Source: Gemmatimonadales bacterium (GTDB taxonomy: Bacteria; Gemmatimonadota; Gemmatimonadetes; Gemmatimonadales; GWC2-71-9). From it: a DNA stretch of 48,920 nucleotides. Below, piece by piece: positions 1 to 9,213 of this stretch. Location of the stretch: NCBI GenBank assembly GCA_041613315.1, contig JBFJHJ010000024.1, positions 1 through 48,920 on the forward strand, given 5' to 3'. The notes under the pieces are model-generated. The model saw nothing but the letters and a program-made list of their open reading frames with translations, was not told where the DNA came from and did no database searches. Position 1 is the stretch's first letter. Each line of letters begins with the position of its first letter. Made by a program: the position numbers and the translations under genes.

Positions 1-9
1 CGCAAGTTA

Positions 10-633
10 TCACGATCCTCCACAATTGTCGCGCCACCACGTGGCCAACGCGCGGAACGCCCTGCCACGGTGGCTCACGGCGTCCTTGGCGGCGGGGTCG
101 GCCTCGCCGAAGCTGACCCCCAGGTCGTCCGACAGAAACAGGGGATCGTAGCCGAATCCCCCCGAGCCGCGTGGCGCCTCCAGAATCGTGCCCGTGCAGC
201 TCCCCTCGAAGCTCCGCGGCACGCGCGCGGGGCCGCCTGCGAGCACCGCCACGCACCGATACCGGGCGCGCCGCTTCGCCGCCGGCAGCCCGACGAGTCG
301 CCGCAGCAGCTCCGCGTTATTCGCCGCGTCCTGCTCCAGCGGCGGGCCCTCGTGCAGGGCGAAGCGACGCGAGCGCACGCCCGGCAATCCGCCCAGCGCG
401 AAGACTTCGAGGCCCGAGTCGTCGGCGGCGGTGGGAAGCCCGGAGAGCCGGGCGAAGTACTCGGCCTTGAGCCGCGCGTTCCCTTCAAAGGTCTCCGCCC
501 GCTCCAGCGTCGCTTCCGCGGAGCGCTCCGCGATGCCCGCGTCGTCGGGGAAGACCAGCGCCGGGCCGAGATCGGCGAGAATCCCACGAATCTCGCGTTG
601 CTTGCCGGGGTTGCGCGTCGCAATCAGCAGCAT
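10..633 (-). CDS. rdgB: RdgB/HAM1 family non-canonical purine NTP pyrophosphatase
   Basis: ATRNPGK N-terminus, ADDSGL, GFGYDPLF and SHRGRA motifs; follows rph as usual. Confidence 0.93.
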   Translation of the reverse strand: MLLIATRNPGKQREIRGILADLGPALVFPDDAGIAERSAEATLERAETFEGNARLKAEYFARLSGLPTAADDSGLEVFALGGLPGVRSRRFALHEGPPLEQDAANNAELLRRLVGLPAAKRRARYRCVAVLAGGPARVPRSFEGSCTGTILEAPRGSGGFGYDPLFLSDDLGVSFGEADPAAKDAVSHRGRAFRALATWWRDNCGGS

Positions 634-678
634 CGAGCGTGGAGCCGCAGGGTGAGCCGTGCCGTCACCGCATGCCCC

Positions 679-1389
679 TCACCACCCGAGCACCCGACGC
701 TGCTCCGCGAACAGCCTGGCGATGCCCTGTCCCGCCAACGCGAGCAGCCGGTCGAGGGCGGCCCGGTCAAAGACCCGCCCCTCTGCGGTGCTCTGCACCT
801 CGACGTAGCGGTCGGGCTCCGCCATCACGATGTTCGCGTCCACGTCGGCGCCCTTGTCCTCGGCGTAACTCAAGTCGAGACGCGCTTCGCCCTCCACGAC
901 GCCCGCCGATACCGCCGCCACGAGCCGGCCGAACGGGTTGGCGACCCCGCGCTCGCGCTGGAGCCACGCACAGGCGTCGGCGAGGGCCACCGCGCCGCCG
1001 GTAACGGCGATCGTGCGCGTGCCGCCGTCGGCCTGGAGCACGTCACAGTCCACCTGGATCGTGCGCTCGCCGAACGCAAAGGTGGCGAGCGCTGCCCGCA
1101 GGCTCCGCCCGATCAATCGCTGGATCTCGGACGTCCGCCCGCCGGCGCCCCGCCGCTCCCGCGCCGTGCGCTCCGTCGTGGCCCGCGGGAGCATCGCGTA
1201 CTCGGCGGTGACCCAGCCCAACCCGCGGCCCCGGCGCCAGGGCGGTGCTTCGTCCAGCACGCTCGCGGTGCACAGGACCAGCGTCCCGCCCAGGCGGGCG
1301 AGACACGACCCCTCGGCGTAGGGGTTCGCCCCCCGCTCGAGGGTCACGGGGCGGAGTGCATCGGCCGCTCGGCCGTCGGGGCGCGGCAC
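679..1389 (-). CDS. rph: Ribonuclease PH
   Basis: GWVTAEYAMLP, EIQRLIGRSLR, DCDVLQADGGTRT motifs. Confidence 0.96.
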   Translation of the reverse strand: MPRPDGRAADALRPVTLERGANPYAEGSCLARLGGTLVLCTASVLDEAPPWRRGRGLGWVTAEYAMLPRATTERTARERRGAGGRTSEIQRLIGRSLRAALATFAFGERTIQVDCDVLQADGGTRTIAVTGGAVALADACAWLQRERGVANPFGRLVAAVSAGVVEGEARLDLSYAEDKGADVDANIVMAEPDRYVEVQSTAEGRVFDRAALDRLLALAGQGIARLFAEQRRVLGW

Positions 1390-1398
1390 GTCGCGTCC

Positions 1399-2787
1399 TC
1401 AGCCGGGCGGCGCGGCGTGCTCGCCGGTTCGCAGCAAGGGCGGGCCCGGGGGCGGGAGGTCCTGCGGCTCGTCTCCCCCGGGGTCGGTCATGCCCCACCG
1501 CCCGAAGCTCCACTTGAGGAGCGGCGGCGCGATGAAGGTCGTCCCGATCACCATGATCATCACGGCGCCGAAGAGCTCGGGCGTGAGCACGCCTGTGGCG
1601 AGCCCGATGTTGGCGAAGATGAGGCCCACCTCGCCCCGGGGCATCATTCCCAGGCCGACCGCGGGCTTGTTGAACTTCCGCCACGGCACGGCCCACCCGG
1701 CCGCCACCTTTCCGACGATCGCGATGAGTAACAGGGAGAAACCCACCAGCAGGACCGGATGTCCGGCCGAGTCGAACGGGTTGAGGAGCGACAGGTTCAG
1801 CTCCGCCCCGATGCTCAGAAAGAAGATCGGTGTGAACAGGTCGGCGACGGGCTTGATGCGCTCTTCGATCGCGTCGAACTGATTCGTACCGGACAGGATG
1901 ATCCCGGCCGCAAAGGCGCCGATGATCATCGCGGAGCCCGCCAGACTCGCGAGCGCGGAGACGAAGAGCACGAAGGCGAACGCCACCACCAGGAGGATAC
2001 CCCGGACGCGCATCCGGTCGAGCACGTCAAAGATGCGTGGGGCCACAGCCAGCCCGACCGCGACCGCCACGGCCAGGAATCCGACGGCGATGCCGAGGGA
2101 GCTCCCGACGCTGACGACGGTGATCGAGTCCCCCGCCACCAGGGACGCGACCAGCCCGAGCAGCACGAGCCCCAGCACGTCGTCGATCACCGCGGCCCCG
2201 ATGATGAGCCGAGACTCGAGCGCGTGCATCACCTTGAGGTCCTGCAACACACGGGCGGTGATGCCGACCGACGTGGCGGTGAGCGTCGCGCCCAAGAAGA
2301 TCGCGGTCGTCGGCGTCCCGGCCAGGGAATACTCGGCTCGCGCCAGCGGGGAGAGCCAGAAGAGGACGCCGCCCGCCATGGGCAGCACCACGCCGACGAT
2401 GGCGACGGAGAGCGCAGCCGGGCCGACCCGGAACATCTGCTTGAGGTCGGTTTCGAGGCCGATTTCGAACAGCAAGATCACGACGCCGATCTCCGCGAAG
2501 ATCTTCACGACCTCCCGGAGGGGGTCGTCCGGCGAGGTCGGGATGATCCCGAGCACGCTCCCACCAAGCAGGGCGCCGGCGATCAACTCTCCCAGCACGG
2601 CCGGCTGGCCGATGCGCTCGAACAGCTCTCCCGAGAACTTCCCGACGACGAGCATCATGGCCAGCATGAGGAAGAGCCGGACGATGAGCGCGTCGCCGCC
2701 CTCGCCGCTCGCGGCGACGGCAAAGAGAGGGGTCGGGGCCGCCGCCACCAGCAAGACGGCCGTGAGCGCGGAGCGTCGTAGAGTCAT
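1399..2787 (-). CDS. Cation:proton antiporter (CPA2, NapA-like)
   Basis: Many hydrophobic helices; QPAVLGELIAG, LLFEIGLE, ATSVGIT, AAVIDD, GMMPRGEVGLI motifs. Confidence 0.9.
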   Translation of the reverse strand: MTLRRSALTAVLLVAAAPTPLFAVAASGEGGDALIVRLFLMLAMMLVVGKFSGELFERIGQPAVLGELIAGALLGGSVLGIIPTSPDDPLREVVKIFAEIGVVILLFEIGLETDLKQMFRVGPAALSVAIVGVVLPMAGGVLFWLSPLARAEYSLAGTPTTAIFLGATLTATSVGITARVLQDLKVMHALESRLIIGAAVIDDVLGLVLLGLVASLVAGDSITVVSVGSSLGIAVGFLAVAVAVGLAVAPRIFDVLDRMRVRGILLVVAFAFVLFVSALASLAGSAMIIGAFAAGIILSGTNQFDAIEERIKPVADLFTPIFFLSIGAELNLSLLNPFDSAGHPVLLVGFSLLLIAIVGKVAAGWAVPWRKFNKPAVGLGMMPRGEVGLIFANIGLATGVLTPELFGAVMIMVIGTTFIAPPLLKWSFGRWGMTDPGGDEPQDLPPPGPPLLRTGEHAAPPG

Positions 2788-2791
2788 GGAA

Positions 2792-3172
2792 TCAGATGGG
2801 CGCCCGGGTCTCGGGCGTCAGCGTAACCGTATAGGTGTAAAACGGGAGCTCCAGCGTCTGCCGGTAGCTCGTGCGAATCAAGATCTCGCGGGGCCTGGTG
2901 GTCCGGCGGATGATGATGTTCCGGGCGTCGTCGGGCAAGCCGATCTCCTCGGCGCGGCGAATGAGTCGGCGGCGAATCGTGTTGTCGTCAATGCTCGGGG
3001 CGAGTCGTGCCTGGCTCTTCATCTCCTCCTTGAGGCGCCAGTAGTTGACGTACACGCTCCCGATATTGAACCCGTAATACACCCCCACCGTCAGGAGCAG
3101 CAAGGTAAACAGGCACCCCAGACGGGTCATCCCCCGCCGGTTCCCCACGGCCGTGGCCGGGACGCCTACCAC
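2792..3172 (-). CDS. DUF4845-like small membrane protein with prepilin-like N-terminus
   Basis: NRRG/MTRLGCLFTLLLL followed by one TM helix; start chosen at the GTG overlapping the lptE stop (inference). Confidence 0.55.
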   Translation of the reverse strand: MVGVPATAVGNRRGMTRLGCLFTLLLLTVGVYYGFNIGSVYVNYWRLKEEMKSQARLAPSIDDNTIRRRLIRRAEEIGLPDDARNIIIRRTTRPREILIRTSYRQTLELPFYTYTVTLTPETRAPI

Positions 3173-3696
3173 TGCGACTGCGCCCCGTCCACGATGTCGG
3201 TCACGAGTTTGTCGAGCGCGAGCTTGCGGCCCTCCGCCTCGTCGGGCGGTTGGTACTCGCCGTCCACGGTAAGGCTGGTCCGTTGCCACAGCATCCGGCC
3301 CTCGCGCTGGTCCAGGATCTCGACCCGGAGGGTGAGCTGGACGCGGCGGCGCGTCACGGCGACGTCGCCCCGCTGGCCGGGCTGGAACGCCAAGGGAATG
3401 TCGGGCTCGTAGCGGAGGATCGTTCCGCGGACCACCGCGTCGGCCGTCGCCTCGGCTGCCGGGCGCAGACCCAGGCGGCGCTGGAGCGCGTCCTCGACCG
3501 CTTGCGTGACCTCCTGCGTGAGCACGGCCTCGGCGGTCTGGTTGTCAAACGGCAGAATCGCCACGGTGCGGATGTGCCCGGGCAGGCCGCCGCCGGCGAA
3601 CCCGTACAGGCACGCGGATGCCGCGACGGCGAGCGCGCCCGCCGGCAGCACCGTCTTACTGAGGCCTCTTCCAGAGATCCGGGTCGACGGTCTCAA
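3166..3696 (-). CDS. lptE: LptE-like LPS assembly lipoprotein
   Basis: Lipobox ASAC followed by YGFAGGGLPGHIRTVAILPFDNQT, typical of LptE-family proteins. Confidence 0.7.
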   Translation of the reverse strand: MRPSTRISGRGLSKTVLPAGALAVAASACLYGFAGGGLPGHIRTVAILPFDNQTAEAVLTQEVTQAVEDALQRRLGLRPAAEATADAVVRGTILRYEPDIPLAFQPGQRGDVAVTRRRVQLTLRVEILDQREGRMLWQRTSLTVDGEYQPPDEAEGRKLALDKLVTDIVDGAQSQW

Positions 3697-4363
3697 GTGC
3701 CTCTACGCCCCTCACCTCGATGAAGAACCGCGCGGCGGACTTCGGGAACAGCATGGTCGAGCGGGAGGGTGGCCCGGAGTCACTCAACAGCGTCTCGACC
3801 CACCCCAACGCGTCGCCGTGACGCCGCATGTCGGCCAGGAGACCGCGCGGCGACTCGGCATACGTGAGCGTGTCGTCGCCGATGACGTACCGCCACGCTC
3901 GCGATCCTTCCTGGAGGCGTCCCGTCACCACCGCACCGTCCGGCGGGGGACGCGCCACGCCCAGCGCAGCCCAAAACAGTGGGGCGATCCGGATCAGACT
4001 CTCGATCTCGTCCTCCGGCTCGGACCAGAGAACCGAGTCGCCCACGACCACCGCTGCGCCGGAACGCCCGAACGGCGCTCGGTAATCGAACCGCAGCGTG
4101 TCCGGCGGCACCATCCGGATCGCGCCGCGCCCGCGCACCCGTCCCTTCTGGGTCTCGAAGGTCCACCGTAAGTCGTAGTGCCGCGAGTGCGCGGGCTGAT
4201 GGCGCGCGACCCACTCGGCGACCGTCGGGAGCGGTAACGGTGGCATGCCCGCCGGCGCGACAGGCTGCGGTCCCCGGGCGCACGCCGGGAGCAGAAGCCC
4301 GCCCAGCACCAGCACAACATATCCGCGCCCGGAGGGGCAGTCAAGCGCAAGCCATTGCCACAT
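3656..4363 (-). CDS. Hypothetical lipoprotein (possibly LolA/LolB-like beta fold); start uncertain (4363 or 4309)
   Basis: LLLPAC lipobox; beta-rich region with PPDTLRFDYRAPFG. Confidence 0.6.
   Translation of the reverse strand: MWQWLALDCPSGRGYVVLVLGGLLLPACARGPQPVAPAGMPPLPLPTVAEWVARHQPAHSRHYDLRWTFETQKGRVRGRGAIRMVPPDTLRFDYRAPFGRSGAAVVVGDSVLWSEPEDEIESLIRIAPLFWAALGVARPPPDGAVVTGRLQEGSRAWRYVIGDDTLTYAESPRGLLADMRRHGDALGWVETLLSDSGPPSRSTMLFPKSAARFFIEVRGVEALETVDPDLWKRPQ
4316..4344 (-). promoter_or_regulatory. Sigma70-type promoter TTGACT-N17-TATGTT
   Basis: -35 at 4339-4344 and -10 at 4316-4321 on the minus strand, 17 nt spacer. Confidence 0.55.
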
Positions 4364-4389
4364 CGACAGTTAACGTCTCTCCCTGCTCG

Positions 4390-6456
4390 TCACCGCCGCC
4401 GTACCGACCGGATCCGATCTCCCTGCGTCGTCCGCTCCACGATCGCCATGCCGGTGTCGACCCGACCGATGACGGTGTAGGTCCCGTCCAGGTGCGGCTG
4501 GGGGCTCAACGTGATGAAGAACTGGCTGCCACCCGTGTCTGGGCCGTCGAGCGCGATGCCGACGGTACCCGTCTCGTAGGCGTGCCGGTTGATCTCATCA
4601 CGGAGCACCAGACCGGGACCGCCCCAGCCGTCCCCGCGCGGATCCCCGTCCTGGATGACGAAGTTCGGCACAACGCGGTGCCACGCGCTCCCATCAAAGT
4701 AGCGACGATCCGCGAGCTCAAGGATCGTATGCACCGTGATCGGCGCCGCGTCGCCGAACAGCGTGATGCCGATCCGGCCCCGATCGGTCTCGATGACCAA
4801 CCCCGGGGAACGGCGCGCTCGCGGCGGCACCAGGTAGCGGCGGGCGAGATCCCGGTAGTCACCGATCGCGCGGCCGGACGCCAGCGGGAACGCCGCGCCC
4901 CAGCGGCGGGCCACGCCCGGCAGGTGCGTGTCGGCGGCGCGGCGCGTCAGATAGTCGTCGCTCGAAGGAAAGCGGCGCAGGACGGCGTCCTCCACCGCCG
5001 TGCGCTCGACGGCACCGAGGCCCGCGACGGCACCGAGCGCGCGGACGATGGCGACGCGCGCTTGCGGGATGGGGTGCGCCTGGGCGCGAGCCAGGGCGTC
5101 CAGCAGCGGGGCGACCTCGGCCTCGATTGGGTGGTCGCGGTAGTAATCAGCGGCGGCGGCCGCCACGACGGGGTCCGCCGTGCCGAGGAGTCGCGTGGCG
5201 ATCGCACCGGCCCGGCGCGGGGCTGCCTGCGCGAGCGCGCTGAAGCCGTGGGCCACGACGCGCGCGTCGCCGTCTTCCGTGAGCTCCTCGAGCCAGGCCA
5301 GCGCCGTGTCGCCCGCGACGATGCCGAGGGCGTCCGCGCCGTTGGCGCGCAACAGCCAATCGTCGTCCGTGATCCACGCCGCGGCTTTTCGGATGGCCAG
5401 TGCGCGGTCGCGGCGGGCGAGACTGAGCAGCGCCTGGCGCCGGGCAGCAAAGAGGCCGCGGTCCACCTGCGGCGCCAGGACCGCGGCCGCGTCCGCGCCG
5501 CCCAGGTCGCCCAGCGCGGCGAGCGCCTGCACGCGCACGTTGGGATCGCTGTCGGAGACGCGGTCCACCGCAGCGGCGGCGAGCGCCGGGTCGCCGAACG
5601 TGGCGAGCGCGCGAAGCGCATTGATGCGAACGCCGGGCGCCGAGTCATCCACGAGACGGCGCACGCGGTTGGCGAGCCCGGTGCGGTCCATTCCCGCCGA
5701 GTCGGCGTACGCCGCGGTCAGCGCGCGGACTGCCACCTCGCGCAGGAACGGGTCGCGGTCGGCGGTGGCGGTCACGAGCACGGCCGCGGCGAGCGGCGCG
5801 CGGAGCCGGCTGAGCGAGTAGATCGCGCCACGCCGCGCGTCGGCGCTCGCGGACGTGCCGAACGGCACCAGAAGCTGGACGGGTGCCACCGCGCCCAGGC
5901 GCCACGACTCGGCGAGCGCGCGGCGCACGGTGAGGGGAGGGTCGCCGGATTCGACCTGCGTCTGCCACCGCTCCAAGATCTCGGCGAAGATCGCCGCGCC
6001 CCCCATCTTGGCGATCGCCGTCACGATCTCGGCGTGCATGCCGGTTTGGCTGCGCGGCGGGACGGCGATCACGATGTCGCGGAGCGCCCCGAGCACGGCG
6101 GTGTCGGCCAGGAGCCCGAGCCCGAAGGCGGCGTCCTGCTGTACCAGCGTATCAGGATCCGCGAGGAGTTCGAGCAGCACCGGTGTGGCGTCGAGGTCGC
6201 GGATCCGCCCCATCGCCAGCGCCGCCTGTCGCCGCACGATCGCCGCGGGGTGATGCGCGGCACTCGCCAGCAGGGAGGCGTCGTAGCGGCGCTGGTCCTG
6301 GGCGGCGAGGATCCCGGCCAGCGCCTCCACCATCGCCTCATCCTGCGCGGCGGCGGGCGGAGACGTTCCCGCGACGAGGACGAGGCTACAGACGTAGCGG
6401 ATCGGCAGCGAGCACCAACTTCTCGCGCACCGCCGGGGGGAGCGTGGTGAGCGCAT
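4390..6456 (-). CDS. Secreted HEAT-repeat protein with C-terminal cyclophilin-type peptidyl-prolyl isomerase
   Basis: Repeated D..VR..A..ALG HEAT units; C-terminal HRVVPNFVIQDGDP, DTGGSQFFIT, PHLDGTYTVIG; start at ATG 6456 inferred from a signal-peptide-like segment. Confidence 0.85.
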   Translation of the reverse strand: MRSPRSPRRCARSWCSLPIRYVCSLVLVAGTSPPAAAQDEAMVEALAGILAAQDQRRYDASLLASAAHHPAAIVRRQAALAMGRIRDLDATPVLLELLADPDTLVQQDAAFGLGLLADTAVLGALRDIVIAVPPRSQTGMHAEIVTAIAKMGGAAIFAEILERWQTQVESGDPPLTVRRALAESWRLGAVAPVQLLVPFGTSASADARRGAIYSLSRLRAPLAAAVLVTATADRDPFLREVAVRALTAAYADSAGMDRTGLANRVRRLVDDSAPGVRINALRALATFGDPALAAAAVDRVSDSDPNVRVQALAALGDLGGADAAAVLAPQVDRGLFAARRQALLSLARRDRALAIRKAAAWITDDDWLLRANGADALGIVAGDTALAWLEELTEDGDARVVAHGFSALAQAAPRRAGAIATRLLGTADPVVAAAAADYYRDHPIEAEVAPLLDALARAQAHPIPQARVAIVRALGAVAGLGAVERTAVEDAVLRRFPSSDDYLTRRAADTHLPGVARRWGAAFPLASGRAIGDYRDLARRYLVPPRARRSPGLVIETDRGRIGITLFGDAAPITVHTILELADRRYFDGSAWHRVVPNFVIQDGDPRGDGWGGPGLVLRDEINRHAYETGTVGIALDGPDTGGSQFFITLSPQPHLDGTYTVIGRVDTGMAIVERTTQGDRIRSVRRR

Positions 6457-6811
6457 GGTTTGCATCGACAGCGATGAGAGCGGTTTCGGCGGTGGCCAGC
6501 AGCCGTCCGTCGTCCGGCCGGTCCACGGCATAGCCGAACACGACGCGGCGGCTCGAGACGTCGCGCACCCAGCAGCGGACCGCCAGGACGTCGTCATATC
6601 GGGCGGCGGCGCGGTAGCGGAGGTGCGCTTCGACGACGGGGAGCTTGAGGCCCTGGTTTTCGAGATGGCGGTAGCTGACACCCTGGCGGCGCATGTGGTC
6701 GGTCCGTGCCAACTCGCACCAGATGAGGTAGGCGGCGTGGTGTGCCACCCCCATCTGGTCCGTTTCGGCGTACCGGACGCGGACCTCCACCGACGAGATG
6801 GCACCGGACAC
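6386..6811 (-). CDS. Acyl-CoA thioesterase (YbgC/4HBT hotdog family)
   Basis: VRVRYAETDQMGVAHHAAYLIWCELAR; start GTG 6811 just after the ALDH stop. Confidence 0.88.
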   Translation of the reverse strand: MSGAISSVEVRVRYAETDQMGVAHHAAYLIWCELARTDHMRRQGVSYRHLENQGLKLPVVEAHLRYRAAARYDDVLAVRCWVRDVSSRRVVFGYAVDRPDDGRLLATAETALIAVDANHALTTLPPAVREKLVLAADPLRL

Positions 6812-6819
6812 GCCGTCAG

Positions 6820-9210
6820 TTACTCGCCGTAGGGGATCCAGATGTTCTTGACTTGTGTCGCGTGCCGCAAGAACTCGCGACCTTCTCCGCGGTCCGGATC
6901 GAGCCAGTCGCGGGCCCGCGTCTCGACCCACGTCCGCTTCATGTTGCCGGCGGACGCCTCCTCAATCGCCTTGGCGACGGCGCTGCCGCCGAAGTACCAG
7001 ATGCCCTCGACGTCGTCGTGCTCCGCCAGGGTCTTGGCGAGCGACGCCGCCGGGCCGGTCACGACGTTCACCACGCCGTCCGGCACGTCGGAGCTGTCGA
7101 GCACCGTGTAAAACTCTGTGGCGGCGAGGGGCTGCGCTTCGGGCGGTATGACGATCACGGTGTTGCCCACCGCGATCGCCGGGGCGGCGAGGGAGACGAA
7201 CCCCAGCAGCGGGTACCCGTCCGGCGCCACCAGCCCCATCACGCCGATCGGCTCGTTCATCGCGAGCGTGACCCCGCGCATCGGCACGTGGTGGACGGCC
7301 CCGTCGTACTTGTCGGCCCACGCGGCATAGGTGAAAAGGCGGGCGATGGAGGCATCGACCTCGCGAAGCGCCGCGTCCGGCGCACCGGTCATGTCCGCGA
7401 TCCGGTGCGCGAACTCCTGACGTCGTCCGGCGAGGTTCTCGGCCACATAGTAGAGGACCTGCGCCCGCGCGTGCGCGTTGCCGCGACCCCAGTCGGCCGC
7501 GGCGTGCGCCGCCTCCACCGCGTTGCGGATGTCCTTGCGGTTGCCCTCGGCGACCTCGCCGACCAGGCGCCCACCGGGACCGCGGATCGGGCGGCTGTAC
7601 CCCTGATCGGGCCGCACCTGCTTGCCGCCGATGAAGAGCTTGTAGGTCCGATCGACGGGCGGGAGGGTGTCCGGCCCGGCGGCCGCTGCGGCGGGAACCG
7701 CGGTTGCCTCGGCGCCGCCCGCCTGCGGCTCCCCTGCCTCGCGCTCCCACAGCGGCCGGAGGTAGGCCCACATGCCCTCGCGCCCCCCCTCGCGCCCGAA
7801 CCCCGACTCGCGATAGCCGCCGAACCCGCTCGCCGCATCGAACACGTTCGTGCAGTTCACCCAGACGACGCCGGCCTTGATCTTCGGCGCGATATCGAGG
7901 GCGAGGTTGATGTTCTCGGTCCAGACGCTGGCAGCGAGGCCATACGGCGTATTGTTGGCGAGCTCCACCGCCTCCGCCGGTGTCCGGAAGGTCATGCTGA
8001 CCAACACGGGACCGAAGATCTCCACCTGGGCGATCGTGGCCGCCGGCGACACGTCGGTGAACAGGGTGGGTGGGTAGAAGTAGCCGTCGGTGGGGCACGC
8101 CCAACTGGGCTGCCACAGCGTCGCTCCCTCCTGCACCCCCCGCTCCACGAGGCTGCGGATGCGCTCCAGCTGGACCGGCGCGACGATCGCCCCCATGTCC
8201 ACCGCTTTGTCCTGTGGCGGGCCGATCCGGAGCTTCTCCATCCGCGCCCGGAGCTTGGCCACGAGCCGGTCCGCGACACCCTCGTGCACGAGGAGGCGCG
8301 AGCCCGCGCAGCACACCTGGCCCTGGTTGAACCAGATGGCGTCCACGACGCCCTCGACCACGCTGTCGAGGTCCGCGTCGTCAAAGACGAGGAATGGACT
8401 CTTTCCCCCAAGCTCGAGCGTGAGGTGCTTTCCCGTGCCCGCGGTGGCCCGTCGGATGAACCGGCCGACGTCGGTCGAGCCCGTGAAGGCGATCTTGTCC
8501 ACATCGGGATGGGCGACGAGCAGTTTTCCGGTTTCGCCGTCGCCGGTCACGACGTTGAACACGCCGGGCGGGAGGCCGGCCTCCCGCACGATCTCGGCGA
8601 ACGCGAGCGCCGTGAGGGGTGTGAACTCGGCGGGCTTCAGGACCACTGTGTTGCCCGCGGCCAGTGCCGGCGCCACCTTCCACGCCACCATCAGCAGCGG
8701 GAAGTTCCACGGGATGATTTGGCCGACGACGCCGATCGGCCCGTACCCCGGGAATTCTGTGTCGAGGAGCTGCGCCCACCCCGCATGATGGTAGAAGTGC
8801 CGAGCGACGAGCGGGATGTCGATATCGCGCGTCTCCCGGACGGACTTGCCGTTGTCCAGACTCTCCAGGACGGCGAGGAGCCGCGAGTGCTTCTGCACCG
8901 CACGGGCGACCGCATAGAGGTGGCGTGCGCGCGCGTGGGGCGCGAGATCGGCCCACTGAGGCCACGCCTTCCGAGCCGCCGCGACGGCCGCGGCCACGTC
9001 CTGCGCATTCGCCTGCGCGACGCGCGCGAGCACCTCGGTCGTGGCGGGATTGATCGTCTCGAACGTCTGCCCACTTTGCGCGGCCGTCCACCGGCCGTCG
9101 ATGAACAGCCCGAAGGCTCCGCCCCGCTCCTTGAGCCAGGCCAGCGCCTGCTCTCGGGCCTCCGGCGCCGGCCCGTACGCCATCGTCTCGAAGATCTCCG
9201 CGACGCCCAT
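6820..9210 (-). CDS. Two-module aldehyde dehydrogenase (ALDH16-like)
   Basis: IPWNFP, FTGST, LELGGK, QGQVCCAGSR, EIFGP in the N-module; a second truncated ALDH module lacks the catalytic domain. Confidence 0.9.
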   Translation of the reverse strand: MGVAEIFETMAYGPAPEAREQALAWLKERGGAFGLFIDGRWTAAQSGQTFETINPATTEVLARVAQANAQDVAAAVAAARKAWPQWADLAPHARARHLYAVARAVQKHSRLLAVLESLDNGKSVRETRDIDIPLVARHFYHHAGWAQLLDTEFPGYGPIGVVGQIIPWNFPLLMVAWKVAPALAAGNTVVLKPAEFTPLTALAFAEIVREAGLPPGVFNVVTGDGETGKLLVAHPDVDKIAFTGSTDVGRFIRRATAGTGKHLTLELGGKSPFLVFDDADLDSVVEGVVDAIWFNQGQVCCAGSRLLVHEGVADRLVAKLRARMEKLRIGPPQDKAVDMGAIVAPVQLERIRSLVERGVQEGATLWQPSWACPTDGYFYPPTLFTDVSPAATIAQVEIFGPVLVSMTFRTPAEAVELANNTPYGLAASVWTENINLALDIAPKIKAGVVWVNCTNVFDAASGFGGYRESGFGREGGREGMWAYLRPLWEREAGEPQAGGAEATAVPAAAAAGPDTLPPVDRTYKLFIGGKQVRPDQGYSRPIRGPGGRLVGEVAEGNRKDIRNAVEAAHAAADWGRGNAHARAQVLYYVAENLAGRRQEFAHRIADMTGAPDAALREVDASIARLFTYAAWADKYDGAVHHVPMRGVTLAMNEPIGVMGLVAPDGYPLLGFVSLAAPAIAVGNTVIVIPPEAQPLAATEFYTVLDSSDVPDGVVNVVTGPAASLAKTLAEHDDVEGIWYFGGSAVAKAIEEASAGNMKRTWVETRARDWLDPDRGEGREFLRHATQVKNIWIPYGE

Positions 9211-9213
9211 GAG

